The notes: generated by a model from the letters alone, not told the origin. DNA of 64,000 bases from Candidatus Limivicinus sp. (GCA_045592365.1 JAZNUQ010000073.1:18912-82911); one strand, 5' to 3'. Shown: positions 18,210 through 28,144, numbered from the stretch's first letter. Program-made: numbers and translations.

Positions 18210-19096
18210 TTATGGACAGAATAATCCGCGCCACCGCAGGTGACGGCTTTATAAAAATGGCGGTAATAGAGGCAAGGGACATGGTGGAAAGAGCCAGAGA
18301 GATCCACGGCTGCTCCCCTACCGCAATTGCAGCCCTTGGGCGCACGCTCTGCGCCGCCTCCCTTATGGGCGAAATGCTCAAGGAGGAAAAGGCAAGCCTT
18401 ACCATACGCATTAACGGCGGCGGCCCCATCGGCAGCATCGTCGCAGTATCCGACTCGGCAGGCTATGTCCGCGGCTATGCGGAAAATCCCGCCCTTGAGC
18501 TGCCTCTGCGCTCCGACGGCAAGCTGAATGTGGGCGCTGCGGTGGGTGTTGACGGCATGCTTACAGTCAGCCGCGACCTTGGCCTGCGCGAGCCCTACAT
18601 CGGCTCCACCGAGCTTGTAAGCGGTGAGATAGCCGAGGATATTACCCGCTACCTGCTGGAAAGTGAGCAGGTTCCCTCCGCCTGCGCCCTTGGCGTGCTG
18701 GTGGACACCGACCTCTCCGTAAGAGCTGCAGGCGGCTTCATCGTGCAGCTCATGCCCGGCGCTCCGGAGGAGTATATAGACAAGCTGGAAGACAATATAT
18801 TTATGATGGATCAGCTCACCACCGTTCTGGACGAGGACGGGGTGGAGGAGCTTTTTGCTCAGGTGCTCAAGGGCTTTGAGTATCACACCGTAGGCCAGGT
18901 GCCTGTGGGCTACCGCTGCTATTGCAGCAGGGAGAGAGTTGCGGAGGCGGTAAGCTGCATTGACAATGCCGAGCTTGAGGACATTATCTCCGGGCAGAAG
19001 GATGTGGAAATAAGCTGCCAGTTCTGCGATGAGGTGTACAGCTTCTCCCCCGCCCAGCTTCAGGAAATTCTGGACGGCAAAAAAGAGCAGAAATAA
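18206..19096 (+). CDS. hslO: Hsp33 family redox-regulated chaperone HslO
   Basis: Hsp33 body plus a C-terminal zinc-centre pair, CYCSRERV and CQFCDEVY. Confidence 0.92.
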   Translation: MIMDRIIRATAGDGFIKMAVIEARDMVERAREIHGCSPTAIAALGRTLCAASLMGEMLKEEKASLTIRINGGGPIGSIVAVSDSAGYVRGYAENPALELPLRSDGKLNVGAAVGVDGMLTVSRDLGLREPYIGSTELVSGEIAEDITRYLLESEQVPSACALGVLVDTDLSVRAAGGFIVQLMPGAPEEYIDKLEDNIFMMDQLTTVLDEDGVEELFAQVLKGFEYHTVGQVPVGYRCYCSRERVAEAVSCIDNAELEDIISGQKDVEISCQFCDEVYSFSPAQLQEILDGKKEQK

Positions 19097-19123
19097 AAAT
19101 TTGGAAAAAATTAAAATAAGATA

Positions 19124-19152
19124 TTGACAAGTTCGTTTTTTTACTGTATTAT
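19124..19152 (+). promoter_or_regulatory. sigma-A promoter of the tRNA operon
   Basis: TTGACA (19124-19129), 17 nt spacer, TATTAT (19147-19152), about 17 nt before tRNA-Val. Confidence 0.75.
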
Positions 19153-19168
19153 AACGAAGCTGTCGCGC

Positions 19169-19245
19169 GGGAGCATAGCTCAGCTGGTTAGAGCACCTGC
19201 CTTACAAGCAGGGGGTCACTGGTTCGAGTCCAGTTGTTCCCACCA
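19169..19245 (+). tRNA. tRNA-Val (anticodon TAC)
   Basis: Hand-folded cloverleaf. Acceptor GGGAGCA/TGTTCCC, anticodon loop CTTACAA, T-loop TTCGAGT, encoded CCA. Confidence 0.9.
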
Positions 19246-19258
19246 TCTTATTTAATAA

Positions 19259-19334
<76 letters not shown>

Positions 19335-19357
19335 CCCGCCTGAAATGGCGGGTACAT

Positions 19358-19433
19358 GCGGGCATAGCTCATCCGGTAGAGCGCCACCTTGCCAAGGTGG
19401 AGGTAGCGAGTTCGAGCCTCGTTGCCCGCTCCA
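19358..19433 (+). tRNA. tRNA-Gly (anticodon GCC)
   Basis: Acceptor GCGGGCA/TGCCCGC, anticodon stem-loop CCACC-TTGCCAA-GGTGG, T-loop TTCGAGC, encoded CCA. Confidence 0.9.
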
Positions 19434-19474
19434 AAAACAGATTTGCGGGCGACAGCGGCCCGCAAATCTTATAT

Positions 19475-19549
19475 GGCGCCATAGCCAAGTGGTAAGGCAG
19501 CGGACTGCAAATCCGCGATTCCCCGGTTCAAGTCCGGGTGGCGCCTCCA
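19475..19549 (+). tRNA. tRNA-Cys (anticodon GCA)
   Basis: Acceptor GGCGCCA/TGGCGCC, anticodon loop CTGCAAA, T-loop TTCAAGT, encoded CCA. Confidence 0.9.
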
Positions 19550-19550
19550 A

Positions 19551-19588
19551 AAATCCTGAATGCAGCAGCGTTCAGGATTTTATTTTTT
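19551..19588 (+). terminator. intrinsic terminator of the tRNA operon
   Basis: AAATCCTGAA-n10-TTCAGGATTT stem followed by TATTTTTT. Confidence 0.8.
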
Positions 19589-19653
19589 CACTTTTCTTAT
19601 TATATAAGCGGTGCTAAAATGAAGATGTATCCCGCCCGCTGACAGGAGGCACT

Positions 19654-20814
19654 ATGAAAAGAATTATATCATTCATCATAGCCATTCTGCTTCTACTGTC
19701 CCTCTGCGCCTGCGCGGCGACAGAGCCGCCGAAAGCGCCCGAAAGTATTTATCTTGAGGACTATGAGCAGCTTTGGGCAGACCTGCGGGTAAATTACCCC
19801 TTTTTCCCGGTGCTTGAGGCACAGGGCATAGATGTTAACGCCGTATACGAGCAATACCTACCCTATGCAGAAGGCTGCAGCGACACGGCGCAGTTTATGG
19901 AAATATTAGACCTTATGTTTGCAAAGCTCCGCTGCTTTGCCCATCTGTCTCTTATCCGCCGTGACAGATATGAGACTATGCTGAGCACTCTTTCCCAATA
20001 CGGCGGCTTTGAGCCCTGGCTCAAGGTGCTCAATGCCCCCGCTACCGCCGCAGCCTACGCTAAGCTCCCGCACGCGGATACCGCCTCCCCCTCCGCTCAA
20101 AGCGCCGGGGTGGAATTCAAATATTATCCGGACATTTACACCGCCTATTTCCGTTTCCCTGCCATGTATCCCGACTACGCCGCCCATGAGTGGCTTATTG
20201 CCGACAAGCTCTCAGAAATCCGGCATCTTGAGCACATAATTATTGATGTGACCGGCAACCCCGGCGGCAGCACCGCCTATTGGGAGAATGTGATAGTCCG
20301 TCCCTTCGGAGGGGTATATGAGGGCAGCTTCCGTGTATTTTATCAGGCCTCGCCCATTAATGAGCTTTATTACTCCGGCAGGGAGCTTTTGCCTCTTGAC
20401 GGCAGCGCCCCGGCCTTTGCCTCAGAGCTTGAGGCAGAGTATATGGAGCTTACAGCCATCGGCGGCGACTACGGTCAGCCCTCGCTTTCATCCGGCGCAG
20501 AGGCCAGACGCTGGGTGCTTATCGACAGGCACAGCTAATCCGCGACGGAGCATTTTGCAGCCTTCTGCAAGCTGACAGGCTGGGCAAGCCTTGTGGGTGA
20601 GCCCGGCGGCGGTGACGGTATGGGCGGCCAGCCTGTGCTGCTTTCCCTTAAAAACACGGGACTTCTTATATATTTCAGCACAGCCATGGGTGAAAACCCC
20701 GACGGCAGTCTGAACACCGCAGGCGGCGTAAAGCCCGACTACCCCTGCCCTCCGAAAGAGAATATAAGCGCTCTTGAATACTGTCTTGAGCTTATAGAAA
20801 AAGGAAGTGCATGA
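19654..20814 (+). pseudogene. S41 family peptidase (lipoprotein) interrupted by one in-frame TAA
   Basis: ORFs 19654..20538 and 20593..20814 are in the same frame. Reading through TAA (20536-20538) gives VLIDRHS*SATEHFAAFCKLTGWASLVGEPGGG, a contiguous S41 active-site region. The N-terminus carries lipobox LSLCAC. Confidence 0.75.
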
Positions 20815-20828
20815 GGCACTTCCTTTTT
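20798..20828. terminator. bidirectional terminator between S41 and MATE genes
   Basis: GGAAGTGC-n5-GCACTTCC stem flanked by an A-run and a T-run. It overlaps both stop codons. Confidence 0.7.
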
Positions 20829-22171
20829 CATTCAAGTCTTTTTCTCTTATACCACAAATAATAGGGCAGCATCACGCTGAGCATTCCGCCAAGCCACGAC
20901 ACCGGCTCTGCCAGAAACAAGGCGTCGGTTCCGATGTAGAATATCACCAGCTTTGCCATCAGAGCCCTGAGCACGCATTCGGCTATGCCGGAAACCATTG
21001 ACCATACAGAGATTTCCATAGCCTGAAGGGTGTTGCGGTAAACCTGTATCATGTAGAGTATGGGCAGGGACAGCGCCATAATGCTCAGGTAATAAACCGC
21101 CACCTCCATAGCCTCCGCCGTGCCCGCCTCGGCAGCGTCCAGAAACAGCAGGATAAGCGGCCGCCTGCAAAGGAGCACCGTAAGCCCCACCGCAGCCGAC
21201 AGCAGAAGGGCAATAAGCGCAGACGCCCTTACGCCCCGCTTCACCCTGAGCTTTTCCCCGGCGCCGTAGTTTTGTGCAAGGAAGGTGGAGCAGGCAAGGC
21301 CAAGGGAAATTGCGCTGCTCTCCATAAGACCGTAGAGCTTGTTTGGGGCGGTGTAGCCCGCGATAAAGGCGCTGCCCTGCAAATTAACTCCGGACTGTAC
21401 GATAATGCCGCTAAGACCGATGATTATATACTGACAGGCAATGGGAATGCCGAAAAGAAGCATATCCCGCCCAAGGCGTCCGCCATGGAAAAAGGCCTCC
21501 CGGTCAAAGGATACACAACGGGTTTTGCCAAGGCGGAAAAAGCAGTAGCCAAAGGCCACGCACTGAGCCAGCACCGAGGCTATGGCCGCCCCTTCAATGC
21601 CCCGGTCAAAGCCGAAAATAAACAGAATATCAAGACCAATATTCAAAACGGCGGCTATTACCATAGCCGTGAGCGGCGTTTTGCTGTCACCCAATGCGCG
21701 CAGTATTGAAGCGGACATATTGTAGGCCGCCACCACCGGCGTGCCTGCGGTGATTATCATAAGGTAGGCGCAGGCTCCGGAAAACAGCTCCTCCGGAGTT
21801 TCCAGCAGCCGCAGCAGCGGCCTTGCGCATGCAAGCCCCGCCAGCGTCACCAGAAGGCCTATAACAAGGCAGAGCCTTGCAGCCGCCGCAATGGCACGGT
21901 TCATTGCGGCGTAGTCCTTTTCCCCGAAGGCGCGGGAAACAAAGGTGGAAAAGCCCTGACACAGGCCTATCATGCTCCACAGGATAAGCCATGTGACCCA
22001 GTCGGTGCTGCCCACGGCGGCAAGAGCCTTCACCCCCAGACCTCTGCCCACAATTGAGGCGTCCGCAATATAATAAAGCTGCTGGCCTATATTTGTAATT
22101 ATAAGGGGCAGGGCAAAGCCCAGAATGTGCTTCATCGGGCTGCCCGCGGTCATATCTCGCGTTCTGTCCAT
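20828..22171 (-). CDS. MATE family efflux transporter
   Basis: 447 aa, 12 TM. N-terminal ...PLIITNIGQQLYYIADASIVGRGLG typical of MATE/NorM. Confidence 0.9.
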   Translation of the reverse strand: MDRTRDMTAGSPMKHILGFALPLIITNIGQQLYYIADASIVGRGLGVKALAAVGSTDWVTWLILWSMIGLCQGFSTFVSRAFGEKDYAAMNRAIAAAARLCLVIGLLVTLAGLACARPLLRLLETPEELFSGACAYLMIITAGTPVVAAYNMSASILRALGDSKTPLTAMVIAAVLNIGLDILFIFGFDRGIEGAAIASVLAQCVAFGYCFFRLGKTRCVSFDREAFFHGGRLGRDMLLFGIPIACQYIIIGLSGIIVQSGVNLQGSAFIAGYTAPNKLYGLMESSAISLGLACSTFLAQNYGAGEKLRVKRGVRASALIALLLSAAVGLTVLLCRRPLILLFLDAAEAGTAEAMEVAVYYLSIMALSLPILYMIQVYRNTLQAMEISVWSMVSGIAECVLRALMAKLVIFYIGTDALFLAEPVSWLGGMLSVMLPYYLWYKRKRLE

Positions 22172-22302
22172 GCTACCATCCTGTAAGATGAATTATGGGC
22201 ATTATAGCATAGAGGGACATGGTTTGGTAGTATTATTCCTCTTGTTTTGTCAAAACTTGGTGGTATAATGGAAATGTTAAATTCAAATTCGTGAGGAATA
22301 CC

Positions 22303-23688
22303 ATGCCGTTTCTTAAAAAGCTATTTGCCCCGGTGGACATGACCGAGGGCAAGCCCTGGGAAAAAATCCTGTTTTTTGCCCTTCCGCTGCTTATAGGCAA
22401 CATCGCCCAGCAGCTTTACAACACGGTTGACAGCATAGTTGTGGGTCGGTATGTAGGCGATAACGCCCTTGCCGCCGTGGGCAGCGCCGCTCCAATTATC
22501 AATCTGCTTATCGTACTTTTTGTAGGCGTGTCAACAGGTGCTACCATCAAGGTTTCCCAGTATACGGGAGCGAAGGACAGGGAGGGTCTTTCCGGCACCA
22601 TAGCCAACAGCATCGTTCTCACAGTTATCGCATCTGTCATAATCAGCGTGCTGGGTCTTCTCCTTTCCCGCCCCATGCTCATCATGCTCGGCACCCCGGA
22701 AAGCATACTGGACTGGTGCGCCGACTATCTTAAAATCGCCTTTATAGGCTGCGTCGGCTCTGCCTTTTACAACATTCTGGGCGGTATTCTGCGGGGTCTG
22801 GGCGATTCGGTGTCCTCCCTTATATTCCTGCTGATCGCCTGCGTGCTGAACATCATCCTTGATATATGGTTCGTGGCGGGCTTTGACATGGGTGTTGCGG
22901 GTGTGGCCCTTGCCACCGTGATTGCCCAGGCCGTCTCCGCCATACTCTGCGCCGCCAAGCTGTTTTCCATGAGCAAGCTGTTTGAGATACGCCCGGAGCA
23001 TATGCGCCTTAAGCAGAAATATGCCGGCAGCATAATCCGTCTGGGTATTCCCTCCGGCGTTACTCAGGCCATCTTCTCCACCTCCATGATTTTGGTTCAG
23101 GCGCTGACCAACAGCTTCGGTGAGCTTATGATAGCGGCAAATGTCATTGTAATGCGCATAGACGGCTTCGCCATGATGCCCAACTTCTCCTTCGGGACGG
23201 CGCTGACCACCTACGCGGGACAGAATGTGGGTGCAAAACGGCTTGACCGTGTAAAGGAAGGCGCTAAGCAGGGTACCTTCATGGCTCTTGCGGTTTCCCC
23301 CGCCATCACGCTTGTGCTTATCTTCTTCGGCAAGTACCTTATGATGATTTTCACCGACACGCCCCAGCTTATTGAGCGCGCCGCAAAAATGCTGCGTATT
23401 CTGGCTGTGGGCTACATAGCCATGGCTGTTCTTCAAAGTCTGGCGGGTGTAATGCGCGGCGCAGGCGACACGGTGCGCCCCATGTGGGTGTCCATCGTGC
23501 AGACCATAGGCATACGCATGCCTCTTGCCTATCTGCTGTGCTACCTGACCCGCTCAGAGCTTAACCCCACCGGACGCTGGGAAATGCTGCCCCTGTCGCT
23601 GGTGATTGCATGGATATGCGGCACTCTTGCCACCGTTTTCTTCTACAAGCGGGGCAAATGGCGCGATATGGCAATGATGAGAAAATAA
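22303..23688 (+). CDS. MATE family efflux transporter
   Basis: ORF 22291..23688. PLLIGNIAQQLYNTVDSIVVGRYVG motif, 12 TM. Start placed at ATG 22303 after GAGGAA. Confidence 0.9.
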   Translation: MPFLKKLFAPVDMTEGKPWEKILFFALPLLIGNIAQQLYNTVDSIVVGRYVGDNALAAVGSAAPIINLLIVLFVGVSTGATIKVSQYTGAKDREGLSGTIANSIVLTVIASVIISVLGLLLSRPMLIMLGTPESILDWCADYLKIAFIGCVGSAFYNILGGILRGLGDSVSSLIFLLIACVLNIILDIWFVAGFDMGVAGVALATVIAQAVSAILCAAKLFSMSKLFEIRPEHMRLKQKYAGSIIRLGIPSGVTQAIFSTSMILVQALTNSFGELMIAANVIVMRIDGFAMMPNFSFGTALTTYAGQNVGAKRLDRVKEGAKQGTFMALAVSPAITLVLIFFGKYLMMIFTDTPQLIERAAKMLRILAVGYIAMAVLQSLAGVMRGAGDTVRPMWVSIVQTIGIRMPLAYLLCYLTRSELNPTGRWEMLPLSLVIAWICGTLATVFFYKRGKWRDMAMMRK

Positions 23689-23724
23689 AGGATGCAGGGC
23701 TTAAGCCCTGCATCCTTTATTTTG
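23688..23724. terminator. bidirectional terminator
   Basis: AAGGATGCAGGGC-ttaa-GCCCTGCATCCTT perfect stem between convergent genes. Confidence 0.8.
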
Positions 23725-24517
23725 GTCTTACCGTTTTGTCCTCTATTATAAGCTCGCCGGCCTTGGCAAGAGTTCTCAGTCTTGCCCGGACAGGCTCTCT
23801 CGTGTGCTCATAGCTCTGTACCTTTTTCGTAACGCCAAGCTCGTCCATAAATATTTCGATGGCCTGCTCTATCTCCATGGGCATAGACACCGTAAGGCGC
23901 AGCTTTTCGTATAGCTCCAGCTCCTTTTGGATGTTTTCATCCACAAGGGCGGAAAACTCATCCGGCGGCAAAACCGCCTCATGTGCTGCCACGAAATAAT
24001 CGCAGTGCATACAGCGCAGCTTCTCCATGCTGAGTATCGCCTGCTCCACATCCTCAATGTAGGGCAGCTTTGACTGGCTCAGAAGCGGCTGGGATATTAC
24101 CGCATCCCCCACAAAGCACACATTGTCCGGCGTAATAAGGGCAAGCTGCCCCGGTGAATGCCCATAGGCATCAACAGCCTCAAGCTCCGCGCCGAAAAAG
24201 CTCTGCCTGCCCGGGCGGAGCAGAGCGTAGGGATAGCCCTCATGCCTGAAGCGGAAGGGCTCCTCGGTCATGTAAATCTTTGCGCCGAAATCCCGGTGCA
24301 GGGCAAGATTGTTTGCCACATGGTCCGGATGCATGTGGGTGCAGAGCACAGCTTTGATCCCAAGCCCTTCCCGGCGAAAAAATTCCAGCATTTCATCATC
24401 CTGCTGCACGCCGCTGTCTATCAGCAAAAGCTCAGTGTCTGACAGGAAATAAAGGCCGATAAGCGCCCCATGCCTTGAAATATATGAAGTTTTACCCTTT
24501 ACCGTCCTTATTTCCAT
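23717..24517 (-). CDS. MBL-fold metallo-hydrolase
   Basis: HMHPDH (HxHxDH) zinc motif, plus later conserved His/Asp residues. Confidence 0.8.
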   Translation of the reverse strand: MEIRTVKGKTSYISRHGALIGLYFLSDTELLLIDSGVQQDDEMLEFFRREGLGIKAVLCTHMHPDHVANNLALHRDFGAKIYMTEEPFRFRHEGYPYALLRPGRQSFFGAELEAVDAYGHSPGQLALITPDNVCFVGDAVISQPLLSQSKLPYIEDVEQAILSMEKLRCMHCDYFVAAHEAVLPPDEFSALVDENIQKELELYEKLRLTVSMPMEIEQAIEIFMDELGVTKKVQSYEHTREPVRARLRTLAKAGELIIEDKTVRPK

Positions 24518-24548
24518 ACAAGTGCATACCTTATGTCAAACAAAATTC

Positions 24549-24577
24549 TTTACAGCTTTTATGAATTAGTGTAAAAT
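24549..24577 (+). promoter_or_regulatory. sigma-A promoter of the aminoacylase operon
   Basis: TTTACA (24549-24554), 17 nt spacer, TAAAAT (24572-24577). Confidence 0.65.
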
Positions 24578-24610
24578 GTAGGGGATTATTTTTTATTTTT
24601 CGGATCGCTT

Positions 24611-25969
24611 ATGAAAATCATCATCAGGAACGGTCATATTATAGACCCAAACAGCAAAATTGACAATATACAGTCTCTGTACATTGACGGCGGCAGCATC
24701 TGCGCCCCCTTCAATGAAGCGGAGGCGGACAGCATCATCGACGCTGCCGGTAAGATAGTCTGCCCCGGCTTTATCGACATGCACATGCACGAAGACCCGG
24801 TGCTGCCTGACGGAAGCATATACGCCCATGAGGAAAAGGCGGTTTTCAACTGCATGCTGCGCATGGGCGTCACCACCGCCATTGCCGGCAACTGCGGCGA
24901 AAACGAATATCACCCGGCGGATTACCTTGACCTTGTGGACGCTCAGGGTACGGCGGTGAATGTGGGCATGCTGGCGGGGCATGAGTTTTTCCGCAACGCA
25001 GCAGGCGGCAATGACCGCTACGCCTCCATAAGCCAGGCTCAGACCGCCCAGGCCGCAGCCGGAATGGAGGACTGCCTGCGACGGGGCTGCCTCGGCATAT
25101 CCTACGGCATACGCTATGTACCAGGCATGGATACAAAGGAGCTTTATGAGACGGCAAAGGCCGCGAAAAAATATGACGCTCTTATTGCCGCTCACATCCG
25201 CAGCGACGCCGAGGAGGTTTTTGATGCCACGGATGAATTTCTCGGCACGGTGGCACAGCTTGGCTGCCCGGTGGAGCTTTCCCATATCGGCAGCATGGCA
25301 GGCTTCGGTCAGATGGAGCGCTTTCTCCGTCAGGTGGACGGCTACCGTGAACTAAATCCCCGCATAGGCTGCGACTGCTATCCCTACGCAGCCTACGCCA
25401 CAGGCATAGGCTCGGCCACCTTTGATGAGGGCTGGCACAAGCGCTACGGCTGCGATTATTCCGTGGTGGAACTGGCTGAGGGCGAATACCGCGGGCAGCG
25501 CTGCACCGAGGAGCTTTTCCGCAAGGTACGCCGTGAGCATCCCGACTGCATTGCCATCGCCCATGTTATGCTTCAGGAGGAGGTTGACATGGCCTACCGG
25601 CACGATAGCGTCTGCCTCGGCAGCGACGGCTCACTGAACCGTGGTCAGGGGCACCCCCGGGCGGCCTCCGCCTTCCCCCGCTTCATCGCCCGCTATGTGC
25701 GCGGCGGCGGCATGAGCCTCAGTGAGGCGGTGGAGATACTAAGCTGCCGGGCAGCACGGCTTCTGGGGCTTGAAAGCAAGGGCAGGCTCTCCGAGGGCGC
25801 CGATGCGGATGTGGTCATCTTCGACCCGGAGAGGATCGAGGACCGCTCGGATTTTGCTTCTCCCCTCACTCCCCCGGTCGGCATAGACTATGTGATCGTA
25901 AACGGCATCATCGCCGCCAAGGACGGCGTAATTTTAAATCCCCGGGCGGGAAAATCCGTACGAAAATAA
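24611..25969 (+). CDS. amidohydrolase family protein, N-acyl-D-amino-acid deacylase (D-aminoacylase)-like
   Basis: PGFIDMHMHED metal motif, C-terminal ADADVVIFDP, and a length of about 450 aa typical of D-aminoacylases. Confidence 0.75.
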   Translation: MKIIIRNGHIIDPNSKIDNIQSLYIDGGSICAPFNEAEADSIIDAAGKIVCPGFIDMHMHEDPVLPDGSIYAHEEKAVFNCMLRMGVTTAIAGNCGENEYHPADYLDLVDAQGTAVNVGMLAGHEFFRNAAGGNDRYASISQAQTAQAAAGMEDCLRRGCLGISYGIRYVPGMDTKELYETAKAAKKYDALIAAHIRSDAEEVFDATDEFLGTVAQLGCPVELSHIGSMAGFGQMERFLRQVDGYRELNPRIGCDCYPYAAYATGIGSATFDEGWHKRYGCDYSVVELAEGEYRGQRCTEELFRKVRREHPDCIAIAHVMLQEEVDMAYRHDSVCLGSDGSLNRGQGHPRAASAFPRFIARYVRGGGMSLSEAVEILSCRAARLLGLESKGRLSEGADADVVIFDPERIEDRSDFASPLTPPVGIDYVIVNGIIAAKDGVILNPRAGKSVRK

Positions 25970-25985
25970 TTTTTGGAGGTAATAT

Positions 25986-27374
25986 ATGGAAAACAAGAAA
26001 AACACCGGCGGCAAGCTGAAGAAGGAGCTTGGCCTGTTCTCCGGCGTGAGCCTTGTGGCAGGCATGACCATAGGCTCCGGCATCTACTATCTGGGCAGCT
26101 ATGTGCTTGAGCGCACCAACATGTCCATGGGCATGGCTCTTATCTGCTGGCTGGTAGGCGGCCTTGTGAGCATTCTGGGCGGCCTGTGCTTTGCGGAGCT
26201 TGGCGCGGAAATGCCCGTCACCGGCGGTCTTACCACCTATCTCTCCAAGGCATACCACCCCATGCTGGGCTTCATTAACGGCTTTGCAGGCTTTCTGCTG
26301 ATAGCCAGCGGCTCCATTGCAGCCCTTGCAATTGCGGCAGTGACCCAGTTTGCCGAGATTTTCCACTTCAGCCAGCTTACCGTCAAGCTGCTTGCAATCG
26401 CCATTATCGTGATTTTCACCCTGCTTAATCTGCGTGGCGTCAAGTTTGGCGCAGCCTTCCAGAATTTCTCAATGGTGGTTCGCGTTATCCCTCTGGTGCT
26501 TGTCATTTTCGTGGGTCTGTTCTTCGGCACCCAGCAGCCCGACCTGAGCCCCGCCACCGCCTTTCAGGGTGAAAAGGCAGGCTTTGCCGACGCTGTCAAG
26601 ATGATAGCCTTTGCCACCTTTGCAAGCCTCTGGGCCTATGAGGGCTGGACGAACCTGAACACCGTTGCAGGCGAAATGAACAAGCCCCGCCGTGATATTC
26701 CCCTTGCAATCATTATCTCCATGGGCTTTATCACCCTTGTTTACACGCTCTTTAACCTTGCGATCTACCGCATCATCCCCGCAGGCGAGGTAAACTCCAT
26801 GATAGCCGGCGGCAACCTCTACCTTGGCACCGAGGCCGTAGGCCGCATCCTTGGCGGCGTTGGCAAATGGGTGGTGCTTATCGGCATGTTCATCGGCATT
26901 ATCGGCACCGTCAACGGCGACTGCCTTGTGTTCCCCCGTACATACTACGCCATGGCAAAGGGCGGCTACTTCTTCAAGTCCATGGGTCAGGTCAATGACC
27001 GGGGCGTGCCTGCAAACGCAACCCTTGCCTCCTCCGCAATGGCCATCATCCTTGTTTGCTTCAACTCCCTCCAGTCCCTTACCGACTGGCTCATCACCGT
27101 CAGCGCCCTTATAAACCTGCTGGCCATTATCGCGGTTCTGGTGTTCCGCTTCCGCTTCCCCGACATGGAGCGTCCCTACAAGGTATGGGGCGGTATCCCC
27201 GTCATTCTGCTGACCGTGGCCTGCTTCCTTGTACTGCTTATAAACAACTTTGTTGAGGATCCCATCACCTCTCTCAAGGGTCTTATCATCATCGCAATAT
27301 GCATCCCCATGTACTTCGTTTTCCGCAAGGCAAACGGCGGCAAGGAGTACGACACCGACCTTATCGACAACTGA
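25986..27374 (+). CDS. APC family amino acid permease
   Basis: 462 aa, 12 TM. N-terminal GSGIYYLGS and AELGAEMPVTGG motifs of APC superfamily carriers. Confidence 0.85.
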   Translation: MENKKNTGGKLKKELGLFSGVSLVAGMTIGSGIYYLGSYVLERTNMSMGMALICWLVGGLVSILGGLCFAELGAEMPVTGGLTTYLSKAYHPMLGFINGFAGFLLIASGSIAALAIAAVTQFAEIFHFSQLTVKLLAIAIIVIFTLLNLRGVKFGAAFQNFSMVVRVIPLVLVIFVGLFFGTQQPDLSPATAFQGEKAGFADAVKMIAFATFASLWAYEGWTNLNTVAGEMNKPRRDIPLAIIISMGFITLVYTLFNLAIYRIIPAGEVNSMIAGGNLYLGTEAVGRILGGVGKWVVLIGMFIGIIGTVNGDCLVFPRTYYAMAKGGYFFKSMGQVNDRGVPANATLASSAMAIILVCFNSLQSLTDWLITVSALINLLAIIAVLVFRFRFPDMERPYKVWGGIPVILLTVACFLVLLINNFVEDPITSLKGLIIIAICIPMYFVFRKANGGKEYDTDLIDN

Positions 27375-27383
27375 GGCCGAGCC

Positions 27384-28142
27384 ATGAACAAAGCGGATAT
27401 TACTGCCCGTCTTGAGGCTCTGCCGGGACATGTGGGCTTTTACTTTGAAGACCTTGTAAGCGGTGACAGCTTCGGCTTCAACGCAGAGGATGAGTTTTTT
27501 GCCGCCAGCGTCATAAAGCTGCCCATCTACGCTGTGATTATGAAGCTCTGGGCCCAGGGCAGGCTGGATATTTATGAGAAAATCACCTGCACCGACAGAG
27601 ACAAGGTGCCCCCCTGCGGCGCATTGTACTTTTTCACCGGGAATGTGCAGACGGATATAAACACCCTCTGCGGCCTTATGATAAGCATATCCGACAATGC
27701 GGCAACAAATCTTCTTATTAACCGTCTGGGCATTGATTTTCTCAACGCCCGCTTCAGGGAAATCGGCCTTGAGAAGAGCCATATCGAGCGTCTGCTCTTT
27801 GACCGGGAGGCGTCCCTGCGCGGCTGCGAAAACCGCATTGTCCCCGCTGAGATAGGCGCGCTGCTGAAGGCCGTATATGAGCACAGCTTCGTGAATGAGG
27901 AAATTTCCGCCCGGATGGAAAAGCTGCTGCTGGAGCAGCAGATAAACCACAAGATACCCGGCTATCTGCCCGAGGGCACCCCTGTTGCCCACAAAACCGG
28001 CGAGGATGACGGTATCACAAACGATGTGGGCATAGTCTACGGGGAAAAGCCCTTTATAATCTGCTTTGCCTCAAACAATACCCATGTACCCACGGCGGAA
28101 ATCGCCCTGAGAGAAATCTCACTTGAGCTTTATAACAGATAA
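27384..28142 (+). CDS. class A beta-lactamase-related serine hydrolase, no signal peptide
   Basis: All three class A motifs are present: SVIK, SDN (ISDNAATN) and KTG (HKTGED). The N-terminus is hydrophilic, so the protein is predicted cytoplasmic. Confidence 0.8.
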   Translation: MNKADITARLEALPGHVGFYFEDLVSGDSFGFNAEDEFFAASVIKLPIYAVIMKLWAQGRLDIYEKITCTDRDKVPPCGALYFFTGNVQTDINTLCGLMISISDNAATNLLINRLGIDFLNARFREIGLEKSHIERLLFDREASLRGCENRIVPAEIGALLKAVYEHSFVNEEISARMEKLLLEQQINHKIPGYLPEGTPVAHKTGEDDGITNDVGIVYGEKPFIICFASNNTHVPTAEIALREISLELYNR

Positions 28143-28144
28143 CA

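Noticed and set aside
26469-27992. 507-aa ORF on the minus strand spanning the APC permease and beta-lactamase-like genes
   Set aside because: It is antisense to two well-supported plus-strand genes and crosses their intergenic gap. The translation is low-complexity (G/A/V/H-rich) with no family signature.
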